DNA of 63,829 nt, filler included, from Rhabdomonas costata (Eukaryota), in assembly GCA_019059605.1 (NCBI GenBank). It is 46 parts of 46 records of this genome, joined end to end, with 100 filler letters (N's around TTAATTAATTAA, not from the genome) between each part and the next. Parts side by side here need not be neighbours in the genome. Positions count along the whole stretch, not along the records: positions 11,129 to 12,413 come from JAHMHO010020463.1; positions 12,514 to 13,776 come from JAHMHO010020464.1; positions 13,877 to 15,167 come from JAHMHO010020465.1; positions 15,268 to 16,559 come from JAHMHO010020466.1; positions 16,660 to 17,950 come from JAHMHO010020467.1; positions 18,051 to 19,340 come from JAHMHO010020468.1; positions 19,441 to 20,734 come from JAHMHO010020469.1; positions 20,835 to 22,125 come from JAHMHO010020470.1; 38 more parts are not named here. One strand, given 5' to 3'. The position numbers and the translations under genes were made by a program. The first letter of the stretch is position 1; every line of letters starts with the position of its first letter. This document shows, piece by piece, positions 11,913-23,616 of the stretch. Below the pieces are notes generated by a model. The model saw nothing but the letters and a program-made list of their open reading frames with translations. It was not told the origin of the DNA and did no database searches.

Positions 11913-12071
11913 CGCGTCCAAGTCGTACTTTGGGATTTGAGCGCGAACATTGTTGAACACGTAGGACTGCAGCTGCTGCTCCGGCAAGCTGAGCTCGTAG
12001 AAAGCCTTGTAGATCTCCGACTCCAGAACCCGGTACTGGATCGTGATCACCATAGTCACAAAGACATTGTC
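11913..12071 (-). CDS. SPFH/band-7 protein, HIR (hypersensitive-induced reaction)-like, exon A
   Basis: ctcag|GAC...GCG|gtatgc; DNVFVTMVITIQYRVLESEIYKAFYELSLPEQQLQSYVFNNVRAQIPKYDLDA matches the DNVFV...IQYR...AFY.L...Q...YVF pattern. Confidence 0.9.
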
Positions 12072-15000
12072 CTGAGAGCGATACGGGCGGAAGTATTGTG
12101 ACAAAAAACGAGTGAACCCAAATCCCTCACCTTCTGTTATGATGCCAAGATCATCGTCATGGCAAGATCATCTCGCCAAACTACAGTTCTTCGTTTTACA
12201 CATATGGTGCGCCTTCCACACTCCCGAGAAAGAAAATGTGCGGGTGACGCACAGTGAACAGGGACTAAATACACGAGGGGAACCATTGAGCCTGTTGTTT
12301 CAAATTAGACCGCTACAGGCAATGACAATCGTCCACATTGCAAGGAAAGGGAAGCAAACGCGATGACGGCACAAAACATTGACACAACACTACAAACCAA
12401 TGCCACAACAACANNNNNNNNNNNNNNNNNNNNNNNNNNNNNNNNNNNNNNNNNNNNTTAATTAATTAANNNNNNNNNNNNNNNNNNNNNNNNNNNNNNN
12501 NNNNNNNNNNNNNTAGAGAGTGGTCGATATACGAGATTTCAGAGAAAAGGTTGACACAGCTAAAAATTGGATGCTAAGCGCTTGAGGTGATAAGAGAGGA
12601 GAGTTGTTGCTGCAAGAGCAGACATAAATTATGTTGGTGATATGAGACTTCAGTAAGGCTCAATAGTTGATGAAGCAGTGGTGCACTTGTATAACTCCGG
12701 TGAGGAAGTCACAGGAAATATATGGGAGCAGTTGAATGGGATGAAAGTTGAGGAAGAAGGGAAAGCAATAGCAAGAACATGTGACCAAGGCAAGTAGGGA
12801 AAAAGCACAACCCGAGTATACGACACACTGCCAGGCAGAAAAGCAAAGCGATAGATGGAGAGAAGGCCGAACCGGAGAGAGAGAATAGAAAGACCCTAGA
12901 GCGGGACAGTGAGAGAAAGTATTTGGAAGGAAATTGGAAAAGAAGCAAAAAGCAGTAAGGCGCGGCAAGCGAAAGACACAGGATGCAGCCAGCGATCAGA
13001 GAGGAGGAGATAACGCGCATTATACTGGAAAGTCTTGAGGCAAGACAATGGGTAAAAAGAAGGCCAAGCTAAAGATAAAGGCTTACGAGGATAAATGAAA
13101 TTCTCGATGCGCATGTGCATGGGTATGTTAAGGTTTTTCCCAGTTAGGATCTAATAGATCAAGATCCTGCAAAATTTGATGAATTTGACGACGAGTGGAT
13201 TGAGGATTAAAAAAGAAACAAGTCGGTGTTCTTAAACTCCGATTTCAAATGACTAGGAAAGAGATACACATAAAGGTCTAGAAACCGACTTTTGACGTCG
13301 AATGTTTGGTTGAGTTTTACTTGGGTATATTTTGGTTTTTGCGGTGTCTTTGGGTTGTGAATTGAAAGCTGTTTACCTATTTTACAGGTCGCATATAAAA
13401 ATCTCAGCGGAGCCAAACTAAAGCGATGTAGAGGCGAGTCATGTCTAAAAAGGTTCAGAGCTGAACCTTTTCACTTTCCCCTGTGCTTTGCTTTGGTGCC
13501 GTTCCCTTCTTGCTTGCCTTGTTTTTGTGTGGTAAAGGCGTAAGCGGACGGCTTTGTAGATGAAAGACCTCCAGGACCCCACATCACAGCGGAACCCTCG
13601 AAGTCACAGCAAGAGAAGTCCAGATAAACCACCCTTTTTGCCATGGACATCGGCCCTACGTCGGCTAAAGAGCCCCCACCGCCAGCTAGAGGAAGCCAGC
13701 GCGGATCCAAAGAGCCCGACGCCACACACACCCAATCCAGAAATCAAAGATATAGCCCAAGCGGCGGCGACAGACCNNNNNNNNNNNNNNNNNNNNNNNN
13801 NNNNNNNNNNNNNNNNNNNNTTAATTAATTAANNNNNNNNNNNNNNNNNNNNNNNNNNNNNNNNNNNNNNNNNNNNGTTTTGGTTTTCAGGGAAGGGTTG
13901 GTGCAGTGCCCTCTGCTAGAAACCAGAGGTGAGCTCGGGCAGATTTTTAAAAACTTGCCCAAATTCGAGAATTTGGCAAAACCGTGCAAAAACACGATTA
14001 GGAGTCTCTTTTCCGGTTACCTCCGTTTTGTTCCACGTAGCACGGAGCTGTTGAAGGTGACGGACATGATTTTCACATTCTCGGCCGCGAATTACTTGTT
14101 TTTTCCAATCAGAACTCCTATTCTCGAGTCTTCGCACCCTCTTATTTGCGGTATTCGTATGCTTTTTCGCCTTTTATTCTTAAAACATTTCATTTGATAT
14201 AAAAGCAACTGAAAAAAGCGGAAAATTGTAAATGAAAAACATTTCATTTTGATTTTCTATTCATTTGATTTGAATGCCTCTGAAAAAAGAAATTTGGGGA
14301 AATTGTAAATGAAAAACGAAATCACTGGTGCTGTAAGATTGGCTTTTGGGAGTCCATTTCTTCGGGTGTCGGTATCAGAATTGAACTATTGAACTCAGAC
14401 TTGTTCCGTCAGAGGCCAACCGTTTCTGTCTCTCATGAGCTTTGTGGTGGGGTCGCTGGTGAGTGTTGGGTCCCTTCGTTAATGTCTCTCTCAGTCTTCT
14501 TTTTTGCTGTACCTATACTCGCTTTCGGCGTTTTGCATTTGATTGCTCCTGCTTGCTCCGCCACTTCTGCTGCAGCAGTGATTGTGTGTGCGTGGAGTGG
14601 GGTGGCTCCGTTCACTCAACTTCACCGCCACCGCCATCCCGCCAGCAAATGTCGGCTGCCTCACCTCTGCCCTCACCGGTGGACTACATCCACACCGCAA
14701 ATGCTCCCACGCTGTTCCCTCCGATTGGAAACCCTGCGAAGGTGTGTTCACCTGTATTCCAAAATTCAGCTCTCCTGTAGTCTGCGTTCTGCGGCCCCGC
14801 ACTTGGTAATATGCGAGTACTCGTGAGTTTACTCTGCCAACTTCCCAGCCTCGGGTTGCAGCTATGCGCCCATGTATGGCTTCCAAACATAGCTCGCAGT
14901 GCTCAGGTTAGGACACCAAAGCTGAACAGAACGAGGATGAGGGCAAAACCGTGGCAGGGCTAAGGACTTTTTATGTGTGCAGTGGGCCTTCCACAACGTT

Positions 15001-15267
15001 GAGAGGTTAAAATGTCTAGAATTGTAACAATACAGTTGAACGTTTGGCACCCTCACCTGCCCGCGAAGAAAACAACAGCTCCCCTTGCACTGACAGTGCT
15101 GGTATTTGCTTTTTCTTCGCGGGCAGGTGAGGGTGCCAAACGTTCAACTGTATTGTTACAACCCCCCNNNNNNNNNNNNNNNNNNNNNNNNNNNNNNNNN
15201 NNNNNNNNNNNTTAATTAATTAANNNNNNNNNNNNNNNNNNNNNNNNNNNNNNNNNNNNNNNNNNNN

Positions 15268-16200
15268 AGGGAGGCATCGACGACATCAACATCTTTTACC
15301 CCTAGAGGCTCATCGTCGCTCCCCACCATTTAAGGTGGTTCGCTCCTCTCCTCTTCACTCTTCTTCTTTCTTCACTCCTTAGGGCCCCCACGAACGCAGT
15401 GAGTGGGGTATCTGTAGAAGGTGAATGCATGTAAGCGGCTTATGCCGGTGGAATGCATGAACCATCACTTCTAGGAGGAAGGATACGAACGCAGTGAGCA
15501 TCCTGACGACCAGCTATCTACTCCACTCTGTCGGCATGCCCCTCGGTCCCTCGGGTCAGCCTCCCCTCTTCTTCTTTCTTCACTCCCAGGGCCCCACGAA
15601 CGCAGTGAGTGGGGTATCTGTAGAAGGTGAATGCATGTAAGCGGCTTATGCCGGTGGAATGCATGAACCATCACTTCTAGGAGGAGATGCGAACGCAGTG
15701 AGCATCGACGACATCAAGAACCTTAGGGGCCCCCACGAAACGCAGTGAAGTGGGGATTGCAGGAGGAGCGCAGCGACGACGTAAAGAAGTAGGAGGGACG
15801 AAACGCAGTGAGGACCGACAGGAAGAAGAAGGAAGGATGGCCGAAGCGTAGCGTAGGACATCCTGACGTCAAGGAGTGAACGAGCGTAACCGTATGCGGT
15901 GGAGCGAGTGAACCACTGCACTTCGGGAGGAAGGATGCGAGGTATCGAGCATCCTGACGACCAGCTGAATACTCCACTGAACGTCCCTTCGCTCCCCACC
16001 CTAAGGTGGTACGCTACGGTCCTCTCTCCCAACTACGTCTGCTTGGTTCGTTCCACCACCCTAAGGTGCTTTCACTCACCCCTACAACGCATCCATGGTT
16101 CGTTCCACCGGCCTAAGCCGCCTTCACTCACCCATAGAAGAGGTTGATGTTGCATGTCGGGCTCGGCGCCCTCCACTTCGCATCACTCCCTCTGTTGGGG
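15268..16200. repeat. Cluster of short hairpin modules (tandem G.A plus GNA triloop), including a ~120-bp direct repeat (15358-15479 / 15566-15685)
   Basis: CCCCAC-GA-AC-GCA-GT-GA-GTGGGG twice, GATGC-GA-AC-GCA-GT-GA-GCATC, GC-GTA-GC, GC-GCA-GC, CCACC...GGTGG; no exon-intron structure and none of the long A/T homopolymer runs seen in other contigs. Confidence 0.9.
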
Positions 16201-17358
16201 CTGACTTCGGTGGGGCTTTGGCAACCACTACCACAGTGCTACTACGGTACATGTCCTCAAGAGGGCTTACAGAGGGCTGATACACCCTATGCCTCCTGAC
16301 GGCATGTCCACAGCAACCCCTCATAGTGGCATCGACACAACATCCACACGTTGGGCTTATCGGGTTGTTACACCGTTGCCTCTGTGGGACATTACGCCAA
16401 CACCACCAGGCAGCAGTCTATGCCTTAACACAACAACATAGGTGGGCTGATGAGGCTATGACACCTGTGCCACCATGGTTGCTGTGCCAAGACGCACTAC
16501 AACAGGGCATCACCATCACTGGGCTTACAGAGTCGGGATACAACTCCTGCCACCAAGGANNNNNNNNNNNNNNNNNNNNNNNNNNNNNNNNNNNNNNNNN
16601 NNNTTAATTAATTAANNNNNNNNNNNNNNNNNNNNNNNNNNNNNNNNNNNNNNNNNNNNGGGTGTTGTGTCTCCTTCCGGTGTCGGTGTCAGTGTGGCTT
16701 CCTCCTCGCTCTCTTGGTGAGTCGGTGTGTGGCTTCTGTTGGTAGTGCTAGTGGTGGCAGGTATCCCTGGTTCGTGTGTCCGTTTGCCGAAGGAGTTGGT
16801 GCCGGGACTTGTGGTTGCTTATGTGGGTGGGTGATTGGGTTCCGTTTCTCTGTTCGCTGGTCTTGCTGTTGTGGTGTCGCTGTTGCAGTCGCTGGGATTG
16901 GTGTGTGCTGTACTTGCTGTGGGCTTCCTGCTTTCTGTTTCTCTGTGCCTTCTTGTCTCCTTTCCTCCACCAGAGGTGTGAAACCGCCAGACGCCGCTCT
17001 CTAGTTCCATCCGTCGCAGAAGCCGTTGAGATCTGCCCAGCAGTGATCCGAACGTGCATTGTCAGGTACGCCTGGCAATACGGGAACATACGGATAAGGC
17101 CACCAACACCTAGTGAGCTAAGGTCATGTGTGACCGGTGATGCAACGCCACTCAAACACATGCACCGAAGCCGACCATGGCCTAGTGTGCGCCTTCCCTT
17201 TGGGCGCTGTTGCCCTTGTGGGTTTGGGTCCTCCATTCTACTCCGAGCTTAGACGCTTTCCTGGTGGACGCGCTTGGTTACCTTACTCTGTCCCTGCTGT
17301 CATCTGGACCTCACTTCTCTCCACTTGCCCAGTCATCCCTTCATACGCACAGGCGCAC

Positions 17359-17617
17359 CAGCTTGAAAGGCTGAATGTAGCCCTTGGGCATGCTCTGCAG
17401 CACCTTGCTGGTGGTCAGCTCATGGTTGAGCTCGCGGAGCAACAGCAGGAGCTTCTCCGGGAGTGAGCCCGGCGGCCCGCCCAGGCTGCCATGGGTGTCG
17501 TCGCTGGGGGCAAACAGGATCACTTTGGCCATGCTTAGCGCTGCCGCGGGCTGGGTCATGCACAAAATGGTCTCCAGATAGCGGTCCAGTGCCCCAAACC
17601 CGTGCTGACCATCGTCC
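17359..17617 (-). CDS. Internal exon, unknown protein
   Basis: ttcaag|GGAC...AAGCTG|gtgcgc; DDGQHGFGALDRYLETILCMTQPAAALSMAKVILFAP...LLRELNHELTTSKVLQSMPKGYIQPFKL. Confidence 0.6.
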
Positions 17618-18469
17618 CTTGAAAACCCCCCCACCCTCCTCTGAGCGCAGGCCACGTGTGTCATCTCCAAAACCCAGAAAGACCCGTTCAAATCGTTGGG
17701 CTGCAGACATAATTGTGTTCTTTTTGTCCCCTAACTCTTCCGTTTTCAGGTATACACTTCCGAAGGGACAAGGGTCCGGGACGGGGAACTGCTAACAGTG
17801 GTTTTCGAACCGCGGGGAGCCCGAATTTCCCTGTATTCCGTGTGATTCCAGCGTGATCCCACTGTGGGCTCAAATTTAAATGCAAGCACAGTCACCCGTT
17901 ATTGCATAAAAGAACTCGAGCAAACTTTATCCCAATTCTTCACCAAAAAANNNNNNNNNNNNNNNNNNNNNNNNNNNNNNNNNNNNNNNNNNNNTTAATT
18001 AATTAANNNNNNNNNNNNNNNNNNNNNNNNNNNNNNNNNNNNNNNNNNNNGGGTTGTTGGTGGGGTGGATATTGTACGTCAACGCTTACGACCGCAAACT
18101 GTGGTGGTGGGCGGTGTTTCTTGCCTTCCTTGCGGTTCGCTCTTGTGATTGTTTTTGTTCGCACGCGCGAGAAGTGACATTGATGTGATGGGATGCTTTT
18201 TCACATTTTAAGTGAAATTGGTGAGGTCGCCATGAGTGGTTGATGTCGTTCTTTTTTCTCTGGCAAAGAGGGGCTTGAAAATCAGGCGAGAAGTGTCTGT
18301 TTTTTGTTGGCCAATGAGTCCGTTTATCGGGTGCGCGTGCGCGGGACATCGTTTTGGGTTTTGAGTTGTGCAAGCAGTGGAAGCCCGATTCGTTGGTCAT
18401 TGCGCATAACAGATTCTGTGTGCTCCCAGCTTGGGCACCTGCAGGCTGTTTGCCCTTTTTTATTCTCAG

Positions 18470-18898
18470 ATGGCCGTCTCGGTAATTCCATGGTCTGTCT
18501 ACCTGGGCTTCGTCTCGCAATGCGTGACGGGGCCCTACTCCTACACGTTGGAGCCCTCGGTGTATGACCCGTTCGGATACGCGCCGACCACCTTGGGGTT
18601 CGCTTTCCCCAGGGTCACGAAGGGTAGCGGGTGGTGCCTTGCCATTGCGGCATTTGCGTGTGCCGCTACAGCTTTCCTGGCCCTCCTGTTGTGGTTGTGC
18701 TTCTTTCGCCCCCTGTGCCAGGGTCAAGCTTCGGTAGCGCCAGTGGCGTACTACCCGGTGGTGAGCTGTGAGGCGAGCGCCCCACTGTGTGCCCTGACCC
18801 CCAGGGTAAACTGTGTCCCCGGAGTGACGTGCGCGATGCCGTCTTATCCTGTGACCCCCGGGGTGACGCCGGCGATGACCCCGATGCTGCCGATGTAA
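18470..18898 (+). CDS. Terminal exon of a multi-pass membrane protein, amastin/claudin-like, with a Pro/Val-rich tail
   Basis: tattctcag| acceptor, open to TAA; SVIPWSVYLGFVSQC, then a loop, then GSGWCLAIAAFACAATAFLALLLWLCFF, resembling the TM3-loop-TM4 region of the claudin/amastin clan. Confidence 0.55.
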   Translation: MAVSVIPWSVYLGFVSQCVTGPYSYTLEPSVYDPFGYAPTTLGFAFPRVTKGSGWCLAIAAFACAATAFLALLLWLCFFRPLCQGQASVAPVAYYPVVSCEASAPLCALTPRVNCVPGVTCAMPSYPVTPGVTPAMTPMLPM

Positions 18899-19723
18899 GG
18901 CGGAAATTCCGAGACCTATCGCATGGGTGGGGCTTTTTTAGAAAGTTGCCTCATTCTTCTGTTTCTCGAGCTTATTCGTGTCGTGGTATTATACTTTGGT
19001 GGGCTTAATGATGACGGAATAATTTCATCGCTCTTGTTGGTTATGCGACTGCTTTTTATGTGAAGGTGGCTTTCGTTTCTTTTGGGTTTGGGTTTGGAGT
19101 TATGATGTGTTCTGATGATTTGCTCGGCACAGAAGCAGGGTAAGGGGTTTGCTTGGAAGCCTTTTTTCTGTGGTGATGAATGGCGGCTTTCAGGTCGCCT
19201 CGGATACGTTAAGCGATGTTTTTGTAATTTTTTTTTTGGTTTGTTCGTTCCTTTGGTTTTGGCCACCGAGGAGGAACTTTTGGGGATATTTGCAGAACGC
19301 GGGGTCAACTAACGCTTTCTAACTTTCGGACAAACAAACCNNNNNNNNNNNNNNNNNNNNNNNNNNNNNNNNNNNNNNNNNNNNTTAATTAATTAANNNN
19401 NNNNNNNNNNNNNNNNNNNNNNNNNNNNNNNNNNNNNNNNAGAGCCGCTAATGGCGATGTTTTTGGGATAAAGATGCATAGGAAAGAGTAAGGAGTACAA
19501 AAGAGGAAAGTAGATTCAGGATCAATATTCATTCAGTTTAAGTCGCCTTTTCTGAACGACGCCCAATCCACACCGGCATTGTGAAAGAGAAAAGAGTGAG
19601 ATACGAGTACCGTTTCTGAATGCCTATATCTCTCAATTATCACCGGAGTTCTGTTAAAAACACTCCAGAGAGTGAGCGGAACAGCGGGAGGGGGGGGAGC
19701 GGAGCAAAGGCAAAGGTGTTCAC

Positions 19724-19996
19724 CTCCATTGGCCGAGCACGGCAATCAGCATCAACATCCCCCACGCCGCGCAGTTCCCGAATAGCACCACCCAGAAGAA
19801 CTGCGCGTCCAGCGCGTGGACGGCCTCCGCGGGGCCCGCCTCGAAGCGCCACACGCTCTGACCGTCGTCGGTGATGTCATTCCACCACCGCAGGCCAACC
19901 ATCAGCCGCCCGATGACGTTCTTCACCGTCCAGAAGTCCACCGCCACCAGCACAGTCACCACGACGAAGGTGGTCACGTAGTTCAGGGAGAACACC
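19724..19996 (-). CDS. TVP23: Golgi membrane protein TVP23 (FAM18), exon 2
   Basis: DFWTVKNVIGRLMVGLRWWN...WRFE...D..FFW is the TVP23 signature; phase-2 junction with exon 1 is consistent. Confidence 0.93.
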
Positions 19997-20175
19997 CTGC
20001 AATCCACCCATCCCGCCCAAAGACCGGGATGCAGCCCAAAGCCCACAACTTGTCATCCATATGGGGGTGGGCCTCCAACTTTCAAAGCACTAAGAAGCGT
20101 AAAAAAAAAAGCAACCGGAAGCTGAACGCCACGCAATGGCAGGCCATAGTTTGCATAAAAAGCCCGCAAGCATAC

Positions 20176-20333
20176 TCGCCCAGCTCGTAAAGCACAATGG
20201 CCAGCCCCTTGAACATAATGTGAAACAGCCCACACACGGGGTGGTTTCCCACGCAGCGCTCGCGTAGCGAGCGCGCCGGGGGCTCCGCCGCAGGCCCAGT
20301 GCCTGGGAACCCCGGTGGGTCGTCAACCATCAT
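20176..20333 (-). CDS. TVP23: Golgi membrane protein TVP23 (FAM18), exon 1
   Basis: ATG...NHPVCGLFHIMFKGLAIVLYELG, GA|gtatgc donor; HPxxxxFHxxFK motif. Confidence 0.88.
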
Positions 20334-20658
20334 TTTCGCAGGGGCGAAGGGGAAGAGGAGGAGGAGGAAGAAGAGGACTGGAGGGGGTCTTGAGGAAGGT
20401 TGGGAATCCCCAAAGTAGGATTCCCTCAGGCACCCACGACGCGCTGCTGAAAGTGAAGCGCCCTGAAGAGCACTTATTGAGGTGGGCGGTGGGTAGGTCC
20501 CAACAAACAGGGGCAAAAGGTTGTGCTGAAATGAAAGCAGGGGGTCAGTGTTGAAGAAACCTCGGGGGCCCCCATTCATCAACCATAAATACAACCGCGA
20601 CACACTACAAAGCACCCATTCCGCCCCCACTCTTCCCCACAATCTGGCGGTAACGATA

Positions 20659-20734
20659 ACAACACAACACAACACAACACAACACAACACAACACAACAC
20701 AACACAACACAACACAACACAACACAACACAACA
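20659..20734. repeat. (CAACA)n pentanucleotide microsatellite at contig end
   Basis: About 15 perfect units seen directly. Confidence 0.97.
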
Positions 20735-22846
20735 NNNNNNNNNNNNNNNNNNNNNNNNNNNNNNNNNNNNNNNNNNNNTTAATTAATTAANNNNNNNNNN
20801 NNNNNNNNNNNNNNNNNNNNNNNNNNNNNNNNNNTTGGGGGGGCGATATTTTGACCCGACTCTGAGCGAAGGACGGCGTGCGGGTGCGCGCGGGCACGCC
20901 TGTGCTGCAGGCGCAGGAGGGCGGAGGAGTGCAGTAGGCCCTCCGCGAGGTAGTGCGGGGAGACGACCCACCGGGGCTGCCTCAGGCCCAGGCTCACCAG
21001 AGCCCTGAGCTGACCCAGGCCATACTCGGCCTCCGCAGCGCATCCCCTGAATAAAGGCAAGGGGGCAAAGAGATGCGTTGCTGTATGGAAGGGCGGAGGA
21101 AGAGACCGCAACAAATGCTCCTTGTAATTCAGCTCCTTGTAGGGAAGAAGACAACACCCCCCCAAAAAAAATGGAGGACATCAGCCTCCTCGGGAGTGCA
21201 GAAAATTGGAGCCATGGACACGTCGGTGTGCTTTGGTGAGTCAGGAGAAAGGGTAGATGGGAGCGGTAGAGACCGAAGATGGACGCCCAAATTTTTCCTC
21301 GAAGCAGTAAGTCTACCATGTGAGGTTGACACACGAGTAAAAAAAATAGCAAAGAAGCAGACCCCGTGTGCCGAAAAGCTGTACAAAGGGCAGCGTCGAA
21401 AAGACCTCAGCGTGTTCAGAGTGACGACATGCAGAAGGCACTCCACGAGTTCAACTGTGCTCCCGAAGCCATCCGTGCAGGGCCCCACGGCATGGCCCCC
21501 CTGCGGCTCACCGCTGCGGGGCAGCGCCAGCGAGAGCGCATCCTCCGCCAAACACAGCGCACTGAGAAAAAGCAGAGAGTTTCCCACAGGGCATCCAAAA
21601 CCATGCCTAAACGCAGACCCCTCCCTCTGATTCTCGATGGATCCCCGTACTTTAATTGATATGTCCAAATCTACGGGCATGTTGAAGGCCCATTCAGACA
21701 GGAGCCCACACTATATAACGGACAGTCGAGCGGAAGGCCGTTGCCGTTTGCGATTGGGTCCACCCGACAGGTATCCTGCGGGTGTCATCACTCATCCGGC
21801 GGAAAGTGGTGCAGCGAGTGATCGAGGGACCGGCGGAAGCCTTCAATCATATTCCCACAAAGCATGAGCGAAGGCTTGCTAGATTGTATCACTCGCCACC
21901 GCCCCTACGTCGATCTCCAGGCCGCAGGCCGCAGGACTCACATGCACTAATTTCTAATTGACCCAACGGAATGGGCCAATTATTAGCGGTCCCTGACCTC
22001 CAAAAAAACGGTTGAAGGAGAGACGACCTGTCCAAGTCTCCTAGCCTTTGGGAAGCCACGCTGAGGAAGTGTAAGCACCGGAAGTGCAGCCGCCCCAGCA
22101 GCGCCTTGTGGCAAGCACCCACAAANNNNNNNNNNNNNNNNNNNNNNNNNNNNNNNNNNNNNNNNNNNNTTAATTAATTAANNNNNNNNNNNNNNNNNNN
22201 NNNNNNNNNNNNNNNNNNNNNNNNNCAGTCAGAATGACGTCAGTGGTGTGGAGTGTGTGAAGAATTGGTGACCCAAACCTTAGGAAACAACAAAGGGCTT
22301 CTGTTGCTTCGGAAGTTGAGACGCTGCCTCCTCCCGATTATTTTTGCCCGTGGAGCACCTGACATTATGTCTGTTTTGAGATGGCTCGATGGCTCGATGG
22401 CTCATAAAGAAGGTATCTGAGACCTTTCCGTTTTTGGTGTTGTTCAAAGCTGGATCCCAATCTAAAAAATTTTCATTGTTTGTGTCATGGCACAGTCGAG
22501 TTGGTACGATTGCACCTTGAAAAAACGAGATAATAAATCCCAGAGATAGAAAGTAAGCTGCTGGAAAACAACATGGGAGGGGTGCGAAAAAGAAGAGCTG
22601 TTTGAATGCAAGGACAACATGTGGGCGCATGGTAGGGCCTCCCTGCACGCCCGCTGGGACAAAACGGCGAGTCCGAGAGTGTAAAATGGGAAAGCAACGG
22701 GGAAAGGGGGCTCGTCGACGTGAGTGTTGCAGAGAAACAAAGCGAACAACGGAAAAAAGCAGCCCCACGCAGTGCACATCTAATGCAGTATCCAGATTAT
22801 GTGAGATACCTAAAGGGACTGCACATTTCGCGCAAATGTGTTGCAG

Positions 22847-22948
22847 AAGAAAGCTCTGAAAAAGCTTCAGTCCGGGCACCCCAACGTCGTACAGCTCCAT
22901 GACGTGGTGTACTACGCAGATGGCCTGCGCGTACTACTTGTAATGGAG
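22847..22948 (+). CDS. Ser/Thr protein kinase exon (subdomains III-V)
   Basis: ttgcag|...ATGGAG|gtaggg; KKALKKLQSGHPNVVQLHDVVYYADGLRVLLVME. Confidence 0.88.
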
Positions 22949-23144
22949 GTAGGGCCGCTTCTTTATGCCTTTTTACCAGAGTTGCGGTGCCAGCACGGGA
23001 GTTTTCCTGACTTATCATTTCAGATTGATCATTCAAGAACGATCATTTCTGTACCAGAACGAGATTTGCGAAGTTTTTGTTGTGTTTGCTTCGAAGCCCA
23101 AGTTCCTTACGTGCACTTTATGGTGTCTGTCTATATTTGAACAG

Positions 23145-23259
23145 CATCTGCAAAGTTCCTTGCAGCAGCTTTTGAGCTACGCTGGGAAGATTGCCGTGGG
23201 GGAGCTCCAGACATACCTCGAGCAGACCTTGCAAGGCCTGGACTTCCTTCACACAGAAG
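23145..23259 (+). CDS. Ser/Thr protein kinase exon (subdomains V-VIa)
   Basis: gaacag|CAT...GAAG|gtgcgc; HLQSSLQQLL...YLEQTLQGLDFLHTE, in phase with the previous exon. Confidence 0.88.
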
Positions 23260-23616
23260 GTGCGCGTTATTGAATTTCTTCTTTCTGGCAGACGCAGCTT
23301 TATCCTTGCCCCCGAGTCCTCCTGTTATACCCGCCTTTATCTTTCGCGAACTATTACTGCTGAGCAGGGCCCTCCCAGCGCGGCACCTAAGACTGGCTGG
23401 TGTCCTAGTGTGTGTGCGCATCGTCCATATGCGTGTCCCGTGCGTGTACGCACCATCTTGGCAGATGCGACCCAGCTCGTGTGTGCTCTCTTTCGCCCGT
23501 GGTTGCCCCCCACCCCNNNNNNNNNNNNNNNNNNNNNNNNNNNNNNNNNNNNNNNNNNNNTTAATTAATTAANNNNNNNNNNNNNNNNNNNNNNNNNNNN
23601 NNNNNNNNNNNNNNNN

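Noticed and set aside
12514-13200. Purine-rich stretch as a retrotransposon gag remnant
   Set aside because: No diagnostic motif could be read with confidence
15358-15820. Repeated CGAACGCAGTGAG units as a CRISPR array
   Set aside because: Spacing is irregular, intervening sequences are themselves repeated, units are short, and no cas genes are present
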